This document shows positions 12,851-29,482 of a DNA stretch of 64,000 nt, one piece after another (the stretch's first letter is position 1; each line of letters opens with the position of its first letter). A model generated the notes under the pieces. The model searched no databases. It was not told the origin of the DNA and was given only the letters and a program-made list of their open reading frames with translations. The translations under genes and the position numbers were made by a program. This DNA is from Octopus vulgaris (lineage: Eukaryota), in NCBI GenBank assembly GCA_951406725.2, contig OX597827.1:65658001-65722000 (forward strand), written 5' to 3'.

Positions 12851-13410
12851 GCACTCGCTCTCAGTAATTGTTAGTTGTGCGGTACATAACAACAACCATC
12901 GGAATCTCTTTTTGCAAACACATGCCCAATCCCGACTCAAAATGTTTGTTTCAAGTATGCGAGCCTTTCTTGTTCAAGTTATAACATATTTGAAGTTCCT
13001 TTTGAAACAGTAATAACCCTTCAGTATTACGCAGAAAAGAGCTCTCCTTTTACAACTTATACTGACATCTTATACCGTTATCAAACTCCAAAATTTACCC
13101 AAAATATTCAAAGCACATGCGCGTAATCACACACACACACAAACACGAAAACACACACGCACACAAACAAAAACACACAATCACAGAGCTTTTGTGACTT
13201 TTCATTTAATGCCCTTAGCCTATATTTTTGGCGCCTTCCAATCTTGAACAGTCTCAAATGTAGCAGGCCGAAACTATAATGATTATTGGAAGCTTAACGG
13301 ATGAATAGAAAGCCACGAACCTTCCATCCCGGCTTTTCTGTTCGTGTCCCCATATATTTTTGTACACACACACACACACACACACACATATTCTTTTACA
13401 TTTTTACACT

Positions 13411-13780
13411 TTTACTCTTTTACTTGTTTCAGTCATTTGACTGTGGCCATGCTGGTGCAGTGCCTTTAGTCGAGCAAATCGACCCCAGGACTTATTCTTT
13501 GTAAGCCTAGGACTTATTCTATCGGTCTCTTTTGCCAGCATCGTTTATCAAGCGATGTTGGGGGGACAAACACAGACACACAAACATACACACACACACA
13601 CATGTAAATATATATATATATATATACATATATACGTCGGGATTTTTTCAGTTTCCCTGTAGCAAATCCACTCACGAGGCTATAGTAGAAGACACTTGCT
13701 CAAGGTGCCATGCAGAGGGACTGAGTACGGCACCATGTGGTTCGTAAGCAAGCTACTTACCACACAGCCCCATCTACGGC
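13411..13780 (-). mobile_element. SINE family A
   Basis: TTTTACTTGTTTCAGTCATTTGACTGTGGCCATGCTGG...AGCAAGCTACTTACCACACAGCC. Confidence 0.9.
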
Positions 13781-14204
13781 TATATATAGGTATATATATA
13801 TATATATATCTGTGTGTGTGTACATACAAATGTACACGTGTGTGTGTGTGGTGTGGATATTAAGCTAGATTGCTGGACTTTTTTAATCCCACTTATAAGA
13901 TATTACTATTACCATGTCAGTATTTCATAGAAAGAAAAAACGTCTTCATGTAGCTTATACATCAATTACAAAAGGAAAATAAAAATAAAAACGTTGTAAA
14001 TGGCTTATTATAATCTTTCCGAAAATATTATCCTGTTTGCTGCAATATGGCATAAAACTTTTATAAAATAGCACAGATGTTACGAAAGCATAATGTATCA
14101 AAACTTCAGTCGCATGTGTGACATTAAATTTATGTTAAGGGAGTTCCGAAACTACATACACATACTCTATACCTAGAGAAATGTACGCAGAAAAGTTCTC
14201 TAAT

Positions 14205-16745
<2,541 letters not shown>

Positions 16746-17781
16746 TGTACTCCCTTATATCTATAATAGCGTCAGTATACAAGTGCGTGATGTTTTCTGT
16801 CAAAGCTGCCCGCAATATGTTAACGTTACTCTAATAGATAGTCGATAAATTTTGTTTTCCTTGCTCTTTTTTCGATATCGATATCCGTTTTACTTTTAGA
16901 AATAATATGCCATTTATATTATAATCGAACGTGATCTGTGTACCAAGCAGCTGATTTATATACCGATTATCCTGTATTACGCTATACAAACCGCATTTTA
17001 ACTAGGAATAGCTTATATAAATTGGTACAAGATGAAACAATTACAGCCCATTGCTATACATGTACGTATGCTCGTATATTTACTCACGTCTTTCTACATA
17101 TCTACATATTTGCACATACATACATTCCATACACACATAAATATATGCGTTTATTAACTCATATTCCTGTAGGAAAGCATAAAAAGCGCCTAGAGTTTCA
17201 TGGTAAGGCGACAATACACGTCTTTAATAAATTCATAGTTCCTTATGTAGTTTATTGAAAGGGAAATGTAGAAGATTGCGGAAAATACTCTATTAAGCAT
17301 GTGGTTCATATTAGGATTTGTAAGCTCTTTCATATAATTTAATGTTAAAAATTGTGGAATGTAATTACGTGAATAGATATACTCCTATACGCCCGTGTGC
17401 GTGTACACGCGTAGAAACAAACACACACAGACACACACACGCACACATACAAACTCACACACACACTCACATGTATACGGTTGTGTGTATGCATATGTAC
17501 ATGTATATATTTTTATATGCACTCTAAGCAAATACTATGTATAATATTTACAAGATCGATATATATATATATACACTGGAGTAAGCACATCAATGGGAAC
17601 GTGAACTCAAAGTAACTGCTTTTGTGATATATCTGGTGATTATAAATAAAGTATATATGTATATATATAAGAAATTAAAAAAAAAGAAAATGTGCGTATT
17701 TTCCTTTTTTAATTTCTTGCATACATTACAACTCAACACGTGGAGATAATCGAAATTCCTATTTTCTGTTACTGCTACTAC

Positions 17782-17887
<106 letters not shown>

Positions 17888-18328
17888 ACTGTATAAAGCG
17901 CAAAGTAAGTTAGAATAAAGAAATATACGTGTCCGCTTGCTAACAAAAAATAAAGATTGTCAAAATATAATAATCGCGCAAAAGACCAGCTGTCAAAAAT
18001 TCCCATATACATTACTATAAATTTCATACTGGATGACCTAATATATACCGCCACCAATCCAAGTACATGCCGTTCAATTAGGAAAAGCGATTAGATCAAC
18101 CTTGAATTCATCGGTTTTATTCGAATTTATTTGACGGTAGGACAAAATTTCAGCCAGCTATTTAAACCTTATGAAAATATTCATTCACCAGTAGTAATGT
18201 AAATGCTAACATTATTGAGAGATATATTGTAATTAATAATTAGTAATATTATAAATGCCGGTGATATTCCACCCTGAAAATAAAATTAAAAACTTTTTAA
18301 TTCATTTAGTAATGTGCGCAGGGAAATT

Positions 18329-18810
18329 AAGGCAGCGAACTTTCTGAGTTCAAGTTCCGCCGTAGTCGTCTTTGCCTTACATCCTTTCGGGTTCGATATA
18401 TTAAGTAACAGTTGCGTACTGAGGTCGATATAATCACATTTCGGCGGGCGAAATGCTTAGCGGTATTTTGTCTGCCGCTACGTTCTGAGTTCAAATTCCG
18501 CCGAGGTCGACTTTGCCTTTCATCCTTTCGGAGTCGATTAAATAAGAACCAGTTACGCACTGGGGTCGATATAATTGACTTAATCCGTTTGTCTGTCCTT
18601 GTTTGTCCTTTCTGTGTTTAGCCCCTTGTGGGTAGTAAAAAAAATAGGTATTTCGTCTGTGTTTACGTTCTGAGTTCAAATTCTGCCGAGGTCGACTTTG
18701 CCTTTCATCCATTCGGGGTCGATAAATTAAATACCTCTTGTGTACTGGAGTCGATCTATTCGACTGACCCCTCCCCAAACTTTCGGCTTTGCGCCTAGAG
18801 TAGAAAAGTG
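18329..18810 (+). mobile_element. SINE family B multimer (three partial units)
   Basis: TTCTGAGTTCAA(A/G)TTC recurs at about 18341, 18483 and 18668. The second and third units end in different tails. Confidence 0.85.
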
Positions 18811-19650
18811 TTACACTGAGAAATTGTAAAGAAAAATATAAATTTACTTCTTGATTCACTATGATATTCTATCATTTCGTTACTTGCAAAATTAGCGAGA
18901 AAATATTCGTGCCATCGCGCACGTTTCAGTGCCGGGTATGTTGTATCATGGCATAGTTTGCGCCTAGCGTAATGTTAAATTCATTTGGTATCCCAAAGGA
19001 TTCGCTTCATGATGCATCCGAATTATGTTGCTTAAAATATTTTAGCGTATAAATTCAACATACATAATTTACATAGCGTTCAGGTTTTAACGAAATATAC
19101 AAATAATATTTCATAACACCTTTCACAAACTACTGCGTATATCGAAAAATCTTCGCATTATGACATGCAAGTATTCTAAGATTTAACTTCAGCACAGATA
19201 TTACTGTATTTAATTTGTTAAACGTATTTGCAAAATAGTTTCCGCGTGGAAAAAAAAATCCTGACGGAATACTGAATTCCTTCAACAAGCACTCTAATCA
19301 TCGATCGAAAAACCTTGCCTAGTGTTATCAGCAAATGGATATTGGGATATATCACCCGCTACGAGAAAACATTAATCATGTTGCAAAAATGTGACGATGA
19401 TGTATTATAAACTCGCCTCTGTGCAATCAACAAACAAAGAGAAAAAAGTAATTTACTGGTAAATACAAATTCGTTGAAATAATACAAATAATGTCCAATA
19501 TAATTTACCTCCATTTAACAAAACTTCACCGGAAGCTATTATTTATCTCAAGCAGATTGAAGATTGTAGCTCCAAGCTAATCTGTTGCTAACTCTGGAAA
19601 CTAAAACACCTCTCTAGCTCAATTCAATAGGGAAATCATAACATTGTGTA

Positions 19651-19732
<82 letters not shown>

Positions 19733-19737
19733 CATAT

Positions 19738-19826
<89 letters not shown>

Positions 19827-20908
19827 TGCTTTTACATTTTTCATTTCCCAGGAGAAAAATATCCTAATTAGAAGTCATATGGATACATACACCAGCTCAG
19901 CTCCTGTCTTCTAAAATATGAATAAACTGTAGCAGCCCATGTGTGTTTGTGTACACTTATCTAGAGACGTTTATATCTACTTTCCTATTACCAATCCATC
20001 ATAAGTAGTTTAATAGCGGCGCAATACTTCTTTTATTACTAGCAATTAACTACATCTTCATTTCTTAACTTGCATACCACGCCTGTTACACTAATTGTGT
20101 TTCTCTTGCTATTCCTCAAATGTGTGTCATCTTGAAATAACCATACCTAATACTGGCGAGTGAATTGAAAATTATAGCTAGATTTTTATCATTCTCTGTT
20201 GCAGATGATCATGTTCCACCCTAGCCCAACCGACCCTCCCCAAAGTTCTTTTTAGATAGTTCCACTTTGTCGTTTGTTTTCATACAAGACAAATTTTGTC
20301 AATTTCGACAACATAAAAAACATCTTGGTTTCTTTTGTATTTTCTTTTTACGTATTCGCCAACATATTGTATCCATATTAACCTAATTTTCTACTTCATT
20401 TGAATATTTTCCAAGTAGTGATGTTCGCTTCTGCATAACGGTTTAGTAATAACATTTCGCTACATTGATGGATACACTTAGAAAACAAACTTCTATAGAA
20501 CATCTCATTGATATGCAGACAAATAGCATATCGTGTCAGCGTTAAAGACAAGTTATAAAGCTCTTCTCTTGTATGGACAGACGACTTGCAAATATTTGCA
20601 AATGTAATGCAAACGTAGTTTTAATATCATAAAGCGTAACACATTCACGTAATGTTTATTTTGGGACATGGTTTTACCATTGTAACTTTCAATTCTAATA
20701 ATTCCTTCGGTGCTATTCTTCATAGAAATATTCTAACCATTCAGCATGATACTTTTAGAACTGGGTCATCCATCTAAACAATTTGCGACACATGAAAGAA
20801 AATGAAAGATGAGAATATATACTCACGTTTACCAGAAGAAAGAGAATAACATTACATGAACACCAGGAACAACGTCACAAGTGTAAACGTGTTAGTTACT
20901 CGTTTCTA

Positions 20909-21473
20909 TTGGATCGTCCGGAAAGTTCGTGCCAATTTATAGTAGCTTATGTTTCGACTTATTTTAGAACATGGTTAAGTCCATAAAATAGGATTTGACT
21001 ACACCTCCATTTAGAGTACAGTTTAAGCTATCTTTTCGTGGAAGAAGGTTTATATTACTATAACCTGTGTTAATTCTGTAACCCTTTAAAATGGAAGATA
21101 AGAAAGTTAATCTTGGGCACTTGATGCTTTGGGAACCAGACAAAAATTGCTGCAGCTCGGCTGGGATATGCAACCCCACCCTCTATATTCACCAGATATT
21201 GCTCCTTCGGATTTCCACTTATTCAGGTCTCTGCAGAATAGTCATAATGGTAAAAACTTCAATTCCTTGGATGACATAAAAAGATACTTTGATGAATTCT
21301 TTGCCATGAAACCACCTCAATTCTGGGAAGAGAGAATACTCAAGTTAAAGGAAAGATGGAGACGCATAGTGCAAGAAAATGGTTCATATTTGATTGATTA
21401 AAACTGTAATAGCAAGTATTTATTGAATTTTTTTTTCCTTTCAAAATCGGCAAAAAATCGATGGACAAACCAA
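20909..21473 (+). mobile_element. Internally deleted mariner (D,D34D-type) transposon
   Basis: N-terminal MEDKKVNLGHLMLWE is fused to C-terminal LGWDMQPHPLYSPDIAPSDFHLFRSLQN...RWRRIVQENGSYLID*. Imperfect terminal inverted repeats (TIRs) TTGGATCGTCCGGAAAGTTCGTGCCAATTT / AAATCGGCAAAAAATCGATGGACAAACCAA, with TA on both sides. Confidence 0.92.
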
Positions 21474-21974
21474 TATTTTAGAAATAATTTCTATTTTAGT
21501 AATTATTTCTATTTTAGCCCAGAAATTTTGAGATTGACGGGGTTAGTGGATACCACTGATCCAAGTTTTTTTTATCCAAGGCTGATAAAAGAAAACATTG
21601 ATTAACATGGGATTTGATCCAAGAGCACAAAATACAAGAAGTCAGAACAAATGCCACAATGCATTTTGTTCGATGCTCTCGGGATAGTTACAATGTAATG
21701 CACTCGTTGTTTTGATATCATAACGCATAACGTCTCCATTTAATGTTTTTTTTTGCGACTTCATTCTACCATTGTTACTTTCAATTATAATAATCCTTTG
21801 GGCACTGGTCTTCACAGGAATATTTCAACCGTTTCGCAAAAAAGAACAGGGTTGATATAACCGATTGCATACGTACGAGTCGAGTGTGTCTGTACTGTGC
21901 CCTTCGCCACTCTGACAAGACATCCAGTCGTTGACAAACAATACCGGTGCTTCTGCTACTGCTGTAAGAAAAAC

Positions 21975-22002
21975 AAGAACAACAACGACTACTACTATTA
22001 CA

Positions 22003-22093
<91 letters not shown>

Positions 22094-22095
22094 TG

Positions 22096-22136
<41 letters not shown>

Positions 22137-22172
22137 AACTACTACTATAACAACAACAACCACAACTTCTAC
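21975..22172. repeat. (CTA)n/(CAA)n trinucleotide array
   Basis: Directly visible. Confidence 0.95.
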
Positions 22173-22536
22173 TAATCTATATGTTGAGACACCTGCATAC
22201 ATATATATATATATATAGAGAGAGAGATTGTGTGAGATAATTACATATACGTCTAATTAAAATACGTTTCATTAAGAAACGGTATCGAGATTATATTTAT
22301 CTTTTTGATCTTAATATTGTAGAACATGCCCCATATTTTTATAAGCTATACATTTTTATGATGTCCAAAGTTATGTTCAACAAACTTGAACAGATGATGT
22401 ATTCTCACGCACGTAACAAACTGTAATTATGGATTAGATCTTACCCTTAGTAACAAAATGGTTTAAAGCCAGACATTTAAAAAAAATAGTTTATAGTGTG
22501 CATTAAGTAACGATAGCTTGAATATTTGTACCAGTC

Positions 22537-22865
<329 letters not shown>

Positions 22866-23509
22866 ATGAAATCATAAGCGGATGGGTTGATGGATACATG
22901 GATAGATATATAATTATGATCATACATTTGAGATAGTTGTGTGTATTTCTGCCTTGTATTCCTTGTATTTCTGCCTTGTATTCCTCCGTAGGAATTTGCA
23001 CCTCACTCACTCACTTTCTATTTCTTTCTCTCAATTTATCTCTCGCTTTCTCTCCCTCTCCCTCTCCCTCTCCCTATCTTTTTTTCTGTCTCTAACAGTA
23101 TTCGTGTATATATGTGCGTATGACTTTTATACTGATACACGATTTACTGGGGAAATCTCAGAATATTTCGTGCAGAGAAGTAGATAATGTGACTGCCCTT
23201 GTGGCAAACAATGTGAATAAAAGTAGATAAAGTATATAGTATTCCCGCTGTGATAGGGATTTCAACTATATTATGTCTTGAAATTGTTTTACCTTTGTTC
23301 CTTTCTAATATTATGAATAACATGAGATTACAAGTCCCTATCACCACATCCTGATCTTAGATTTGACCTATGTATATTTGCCTAGATTCTATCTACTAAT
23401 GACCATAACTGTCATGCATTGTTCTAGTCATTTTCCATGAACTGTCGTACCAGTCGTTACTTTTGCAACCGGTATGAGATCCACGTGATGTAAAAGTGCT
23501 CTGCATTAA

Positions 23510-23566
<57 letters not shown>

Positions 23567-23624
23567 TTATATATGAATTCATGTATGCATATTCTTACAT
23601 ACATACATACAATCATACATACAT

Positions 23625-23676
<52 letters not shown>

Positions 23677-23738
23677 TTATGTATATAAATTGATGCACAC
23701 ATACACTTGTGGACACATATATGTGCACAAACAAGACC

Positions 23739-23769
<31 letters not shown>

Positions 23770-23817
23770 CATATATGAGCATATATCTATGTATTCATAT
23801 ATACATATATATATAAG

Positions 23818-23860
<43 letters not shown>

Positions 23861-23869
23861 GTGTGTGTG

Positions 23870-23913
<44 letters not shown>

Positions 23914-25372
23914 TGTATATACATAATGTGTGTGTGTGTATGTATGAAAATTATGATGTGTGTATACGTGTGCTGTTATATATGTTGGACTATAGCGATA
24001 CCTTCAGCTTCACTTTTGTCGTGCTTGACGCTCCTTGTCGTTGACATTTGGCAACAGGCCTCTTTCTCCATCTCTTAATACATCAACATATATCCGTTAA
24101 CTACATCATTTATCTCACGTAAGGAAACGACGAAAGCATCCATATGGTGTAATTGGAAATGCTAGATATAACAGTAACAATACTTTGCGTTGCTATTATA
24201 TCCAACATCTTTAAAATGGGAAGCTACATAAACTATTGTGGTGCTGAACACTCCATAAACGTCGAAACGGCTTTAACGTGGTTGTATTTTTATCGGAGAT
24301 CTAATCAATCGGTGTTGACATGGGAAATGTTAGTGATAAAGTGAAACCTCAATCTATCATTTATCCGATGCCATCATTAATCTCATTTATCATAACTTCG
24401 AGGGCTATCTATTTCAACAATTCCTCAGAATGTTGAATATGTGCTATCCTCACGTTTTTAATGTCGTCCATTAGATAAGTCATCGATTTTCTATTCCCCA
24501 ACGCTTAACTTACACTCAGTGGCAAAATGATAGTTGGTTCATAAATATAATATAGAAAAACTCAATGAAAGCCTTACGCACTAGAAATAGAAAACCGTTA
24601 CATTAAATATTGTAGTGTTGAATACTCCATAAAAGTCGGAATGGCTAAGCAATGCTCTCTTTCAAGGTCAATAAAGAGAAATGTCCTCATGTTTGTACGA
24701 TCGTACAGTCCTAATGACTGTATTACCTGCACCCATGTTGACCTTGTCGACCGTCTCTGCTCAAGCAGCAAACCTTAAAAATTGTAAGAAAAATAACTGT
24801 GAAATGATTGTAAGAAAAATAAGAAAACGAAAAACAAGATCCGTTACATTTCTTATCTTACACTTTAGTAGTCACAGATCTTGGATGGCCGCTAGGCAAC
24901 GCCTTGATAAGTTCTCTGATTTCGGTTGTTCACTTTTTCCGTAGGAATCTATCTCAGTACTTATATCGTTAATGTTAGATACTTATCTAATAGGACACTT
25001 TCGTGGAAACTACAAGTTACGGGAAAATAGATACACTAATCACGATTTTCTAGCTTTCGTGGGTCACAAATAAAAAGAAACAAAGTGAGACACACAAGCA
25101 CACACACATGTAGAAGCATTTTTACGAAAGGATTGTGTTTGTCTACCAAGATTCTTTCTGTCTACCAAGTCTTTTCTCGGCCTATGGCTCCATTATAAGC
25201 AACGACTGCGTTTATTTGGTTATCGTATCTTTAATAGTATGAAAAAAATTATAGTTACTTATAATTATATCTGTATAGATGCTCTATAGAATTCCGAGTC
25301 GGCGTTGCAATTTCTGACGTTTAAAGAACACGTGTACATAAGCAATGCGATCGAAAATAGAATTATTAGGTT

Positions 25373-25420
25373 GTGAGTGTATATGAATTTTTCAGGGGAA
25401 TTGCCCTTTCATCAGTATTT
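25373..25420 (-). ncRNA. Degenerate type I hammerhead-like motif (old repeat family)
   Basis: Minus strand CTGATGA-AAGGG-CAATT-CCCCT-GAAA-AATTCATA-TA. The surrounding ~110 bp aligns with 39839-39945. Confidence 0.4.
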
Positions 25421-26419
25421 CTTCTAAACCACCGAGTATCCACGAATACATTGCTCAAATACGCACTAGATTTAAAAGTGTAACACAATTGGGTAGTCCA
25501 ATTTGCATATTAAACAGATTCCTGAAAACTGGTACGTAAATCTAATAGCTCACAAGTCAACAGTAATTTATTTTTGAACCATGATATATCATCAAGTTTA
25601 AGTTCACATTACAATGTTGTGTGTCTGACGTCTGTGAGCTGTGTGCTATTTTTATCATAGGAAATCTATAGAGATAAAGTGAAAAGGAAATATTTCGCAC
25701 TGCTAACACAAGGTTAGAGAATTATTTGTTTGTAAACCTACAATGTTCGTGGTAGTATATTGTATTACCAAAACGAAATACTGTCGAGTTGCCAATATCT
25801 AAATTTATTGTATACAAAATAGACAATTTTTGCCAGTTTCGTCGAAGCAAGTTTTGTAATAGTGATAGGATATACTGCGATAAAATAGAGTTTATGTCCT
25901 TTGTCAAAGAATACTGTAATTTTATTTTCCGAGTCAAAGTGAGAATAAATAAATAACGATCTTATTTAACTGCTACATTGTAATTATATTCATCAAGTCC
26001 AAATTTTCTATGTCTCGACTCAATTCGAATTTACGTTGTTAAACGGAACACACAGACACACGCACAACACACACATGCACACACGCGCGCGTACACATTA
26101 ACATACGCAAACACACACGCATGCACTCGCAAGTACACGCACTCACACATACATACACGTGTGTCAATGTATGCAGATACATAAAGCATTTACTATCCAT
26201 TCACTAAATCTTTTAGCTGCCTATACGTACGTGAACAGGTTTATACAGCGATTCCATCCGTCTACCCTCTGAACAGTGTAATGTCTGTGAAGTAACATAC
26301 GTTGTGAGGATGTCTTCTATCAATTGATTGGACAACATGAAAGGTGCCACCTTTGTGGTCAACAACATTTTGGATCCAGCACTACAGAGCGAAAATGGAA
26401 TTTCCTTATCGATAGACTA

Positions 26420-27210
26420 AACTTGAGAATCCAGTTTCCACAAAATCTGTTCGCCGGGCGCTGCAAAAAGCCGGATTTCATGTGAGGGCTGCAATGAGAA
26501 AACCACTACTTTCAAAAACAAATGTTGCAAAGCGTTTAGTGTGGAGTAAAAGCCTACAGAATTGGTCCCTAGAGCAGTGGAAGAATGTTATTTTCTTGGA
26601 CAATTCATCCTTTTCCATATTTTCGATGACCACCCGAGTATACGCATGGAGACAGCCGAAAGAAGCACTCGACTCAGACTGGCTTTATTCAATTGTTAAA
26701 CATGGACCTGGATTTGTGATTATCTGGTGGGCTACATCTTGGAAATCCGCTGGCCCAATGGTTTCCCTTCATGATAGAATTAATAGTCAACACTATTTAA
26801 GCATTTTACCTGATTAAATTCATCCTACGGTTGCGGAACGCAATCTGTCAGGTTGATAATGCACCAATTGACACAACTAAAGTTGTTACTGAATGACACA
26901 AGGAACATTCTAGTTACGTTGAACATCTTATCTGGCCACCACCGTTCCCAGATCTCAATATTATTGAAAGTTCATGGTGCATTTTAGAAAAACAGGTAAG
27001 AAGTCTATATTCTCCACCCTCATCACTACAAGAACCGGAGACTGTTTTAACTAAAGAATGGCCGAAAATTCCTTTGGAAATAATTCAAACCTTGTACGAG
27101 TCTATACCTCGTAGAATTCTAGCTGCAATTACTACCAAAGGCAGTCCTACTCAATATTAAAATAAATTTGTTTGAAATTTTAACGTTTCCGTTATTTTGT
27201 CCAGCCCCTG
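26420..27210 (+). mobile_element. Tc1-like (D,D34E-type) transposase pseudogene with right TIR
   Basis: VSTKSVRRALQKAGF...RKPLLSKTNVAKRLVW...WKNVIFLDNSSF...VKHG...DNAP...WPPPFPDLNIIE...SIPRRILAAITTKGSPTQY*. Ends TTATTTTGTCCAGCCCCTG then TA. Has stops and frameshifts; left end not found. Confidence 0.92.
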
Positions 27211-27215
27211 TATAT

Positions 27216-27276
<61 letters not shown>

Positions 27277-28981
27277 TGTGAGAGATCTTCTATGCTGAAT
27301 ATATTTCAATTTGAATGTAATCTATTCTGGTATTCTATTTGCAATTATTCTATATACAGTCGCGTAGAGTTATTGCCACTGTCTTTTCAAAACTTGACAT
27401 CAATATCGACACTTTACCAATTTCATGCTTCACAGATGTGTAAAAGCTCAATTTTCAAATTCTTCCTTTTCTTTTGAAATTACCATTCAGATGTAGCTTC
27501 GTTTGGCCTTTACACTTTTGCCTATAGACTTAAAATACTTGAAACATTTTAAACTGTACTCTTATACAAACAGAATATTATTATTGCCCATAAACTCTAT
27601 CTATTTTCGGAATTTTAGAAATTTTGTTTAAATTTATGTATATTTCAAATCTAACTCTATTACTTAAAATATCACCGAAATATTTCCTTAATACCGAATT
27701 TTTCTAACAGAAAAATGTGAATAAGATGAGATACACGTACTTCATTCAGTTAATAAGAAACAAGTCGTGTTTGAGGAAAGCTGGAGTTAGTTGTTAATAA
27801 AGTATTACTGAGAGCACATGCGAAATGTATTCATACAATCTTGAAATATTCTGGATGTTAGAGGAGTGTTAAATGTGCTATTATCTAGATAATAACTGAT
27901 AAAATAAACAGGATATTCGTCAGATTATCAGCGCCAACATTTCCTAGTTTTTATTGTTTTCTGACTTAGGGGCATACGACAATGGAATTGGAGTAGAATG
28001 AAGCCAGCCGATCCTACTGATGACAACACTTTATCGACCCCGAACACCTGATGGGTAAATTGTAGCTGAGTGGGATTTGAAATTTAAATTTCAAGAGTCA
28101 GAAAATATCCTGGAAAATCAATTTCTGAAGAGATAATGATTTACTCAGCTGAACCCCTTAGTGTAGTAAATGCATAAATCTCTATTTGAAACCGGAATAG
28201 CTTGAATTTTGGAAGTTTATATTCACTGGATACTGCTTTTAGGCACAGATTCACAAAATTCCCAGTTTATCGACGAGCTTTAGTACTACACAAATTCTAT
28301 TAATATACGTAAATAAGTTTTAAATTTGCTTCATTTTTAGTTATCAGAGGGTGACTAAATATTTCACACCAATGTTTTTTCTCATTTTCACCATCTTCTT
28401 AATTATTAAATTAGGTGGTTTCTAAACATACTAACTTTATATTACGTACTGTCCAGCTGCGTCAGTTACGCTATATATTGATTTATCATTTTCTAAAGTG
28501 TGCAATTAGTGTGTTTTGTGTTTCATGTGCTGAGTTATCTTACGGGTTTAATAGCTATTTTTATTATTTGCAGACAGAGTTATTTGTTGTTTAGCACATC
28601 AGATATAATGTGTGATGACACGGGCTGCTGTACTTTTAATGATGAAAGGCGCTTCATGGCAGCATCGTCTGTTGTAGCTGCTATTATTTAGTTCAGGTTA
28701 AACCTCTTCATCTGCAACAACACGACAATTCTGTCTTATTTTCAGAGAGTATTTTATTTCAGTATTATTCGTCTCTTTTTTCAATGGCTAGTATATTATA
28801 TCAGGGAGATTCGGCTGCTATTTCTGCCTAATATACTGCCGCCATGCGAGCTTATATGGTTGTTTGAGAACCAATTGTCATATTGAATGCACTGTTAATC
28901 ACGCAAGTTGCATCATTTAAGTGTTTTTGAAGCAAACATTGTGAAAAGGGCGGATTTGGAGTATCAACTTGGTTAGGGCAT

Positions 28982-29482
28982 AAGTAGTGAAGAAGATAGT
29001 AGAAAAATCCTTCAAAAGATGATACAAATATGCAGTCTGGCACACCCATAGATTAAAACAGGATCTTTAAGAAAGGCATAATTTCCAACGAAAAGATAGA
29101 AAATGGTGGCCAAAATCCAAGATGGCGCCAGCATTAAAAATTAATAATTGCGATGAACATGAAGTAAGATTTATAACAATAAATGTTATTCAATATGCTA
29201 TATTTTACACAAACCGCCTATATTTACCTTTTGTAGAATTTTCCTACTATCTTCTTCACTAATTCAGGTTATACAGGTTTCATCATCAATCAAATGCATG
29301 GAGAGGCACAAAAGGAAGTATAACGAAGGACTGACTTTTTGTGATGTTGGTAGCCATCTTGAATATTGACCGCCGTTTTCGATTTTTACGTTGGCAATCA
29401 TGCCCATATTAAAGAGCGTTTTAAATTAGAAGTGTGTCCAATTGCATGTTTGTATCACCTTTGAAGGATTCTTACAATATTT
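28982..29482. mobile_element. Foldback/MITE-like element with ~140-bp diverged inverted repeats
   Basis: 28995-29135 (AATCCTTCAAAAGATGATACAAATATGCA...CCAAGATGGCGCCAGCAT) is the reverse complement of 29345-29482 (ATGTTGGTAGCCATCTTGAA...TGCATGTTTGTATCACCTTTTGAAGGATT). Confidence 0.75.

Noticed and set aside
26482-26817. 111-aa ORF as an intact gene (likewise 21129-21401 and 41943-42233)
   Set aside because: These are fragments of disrupted transposases with in-frame stops, frameshifts or internal deletions.
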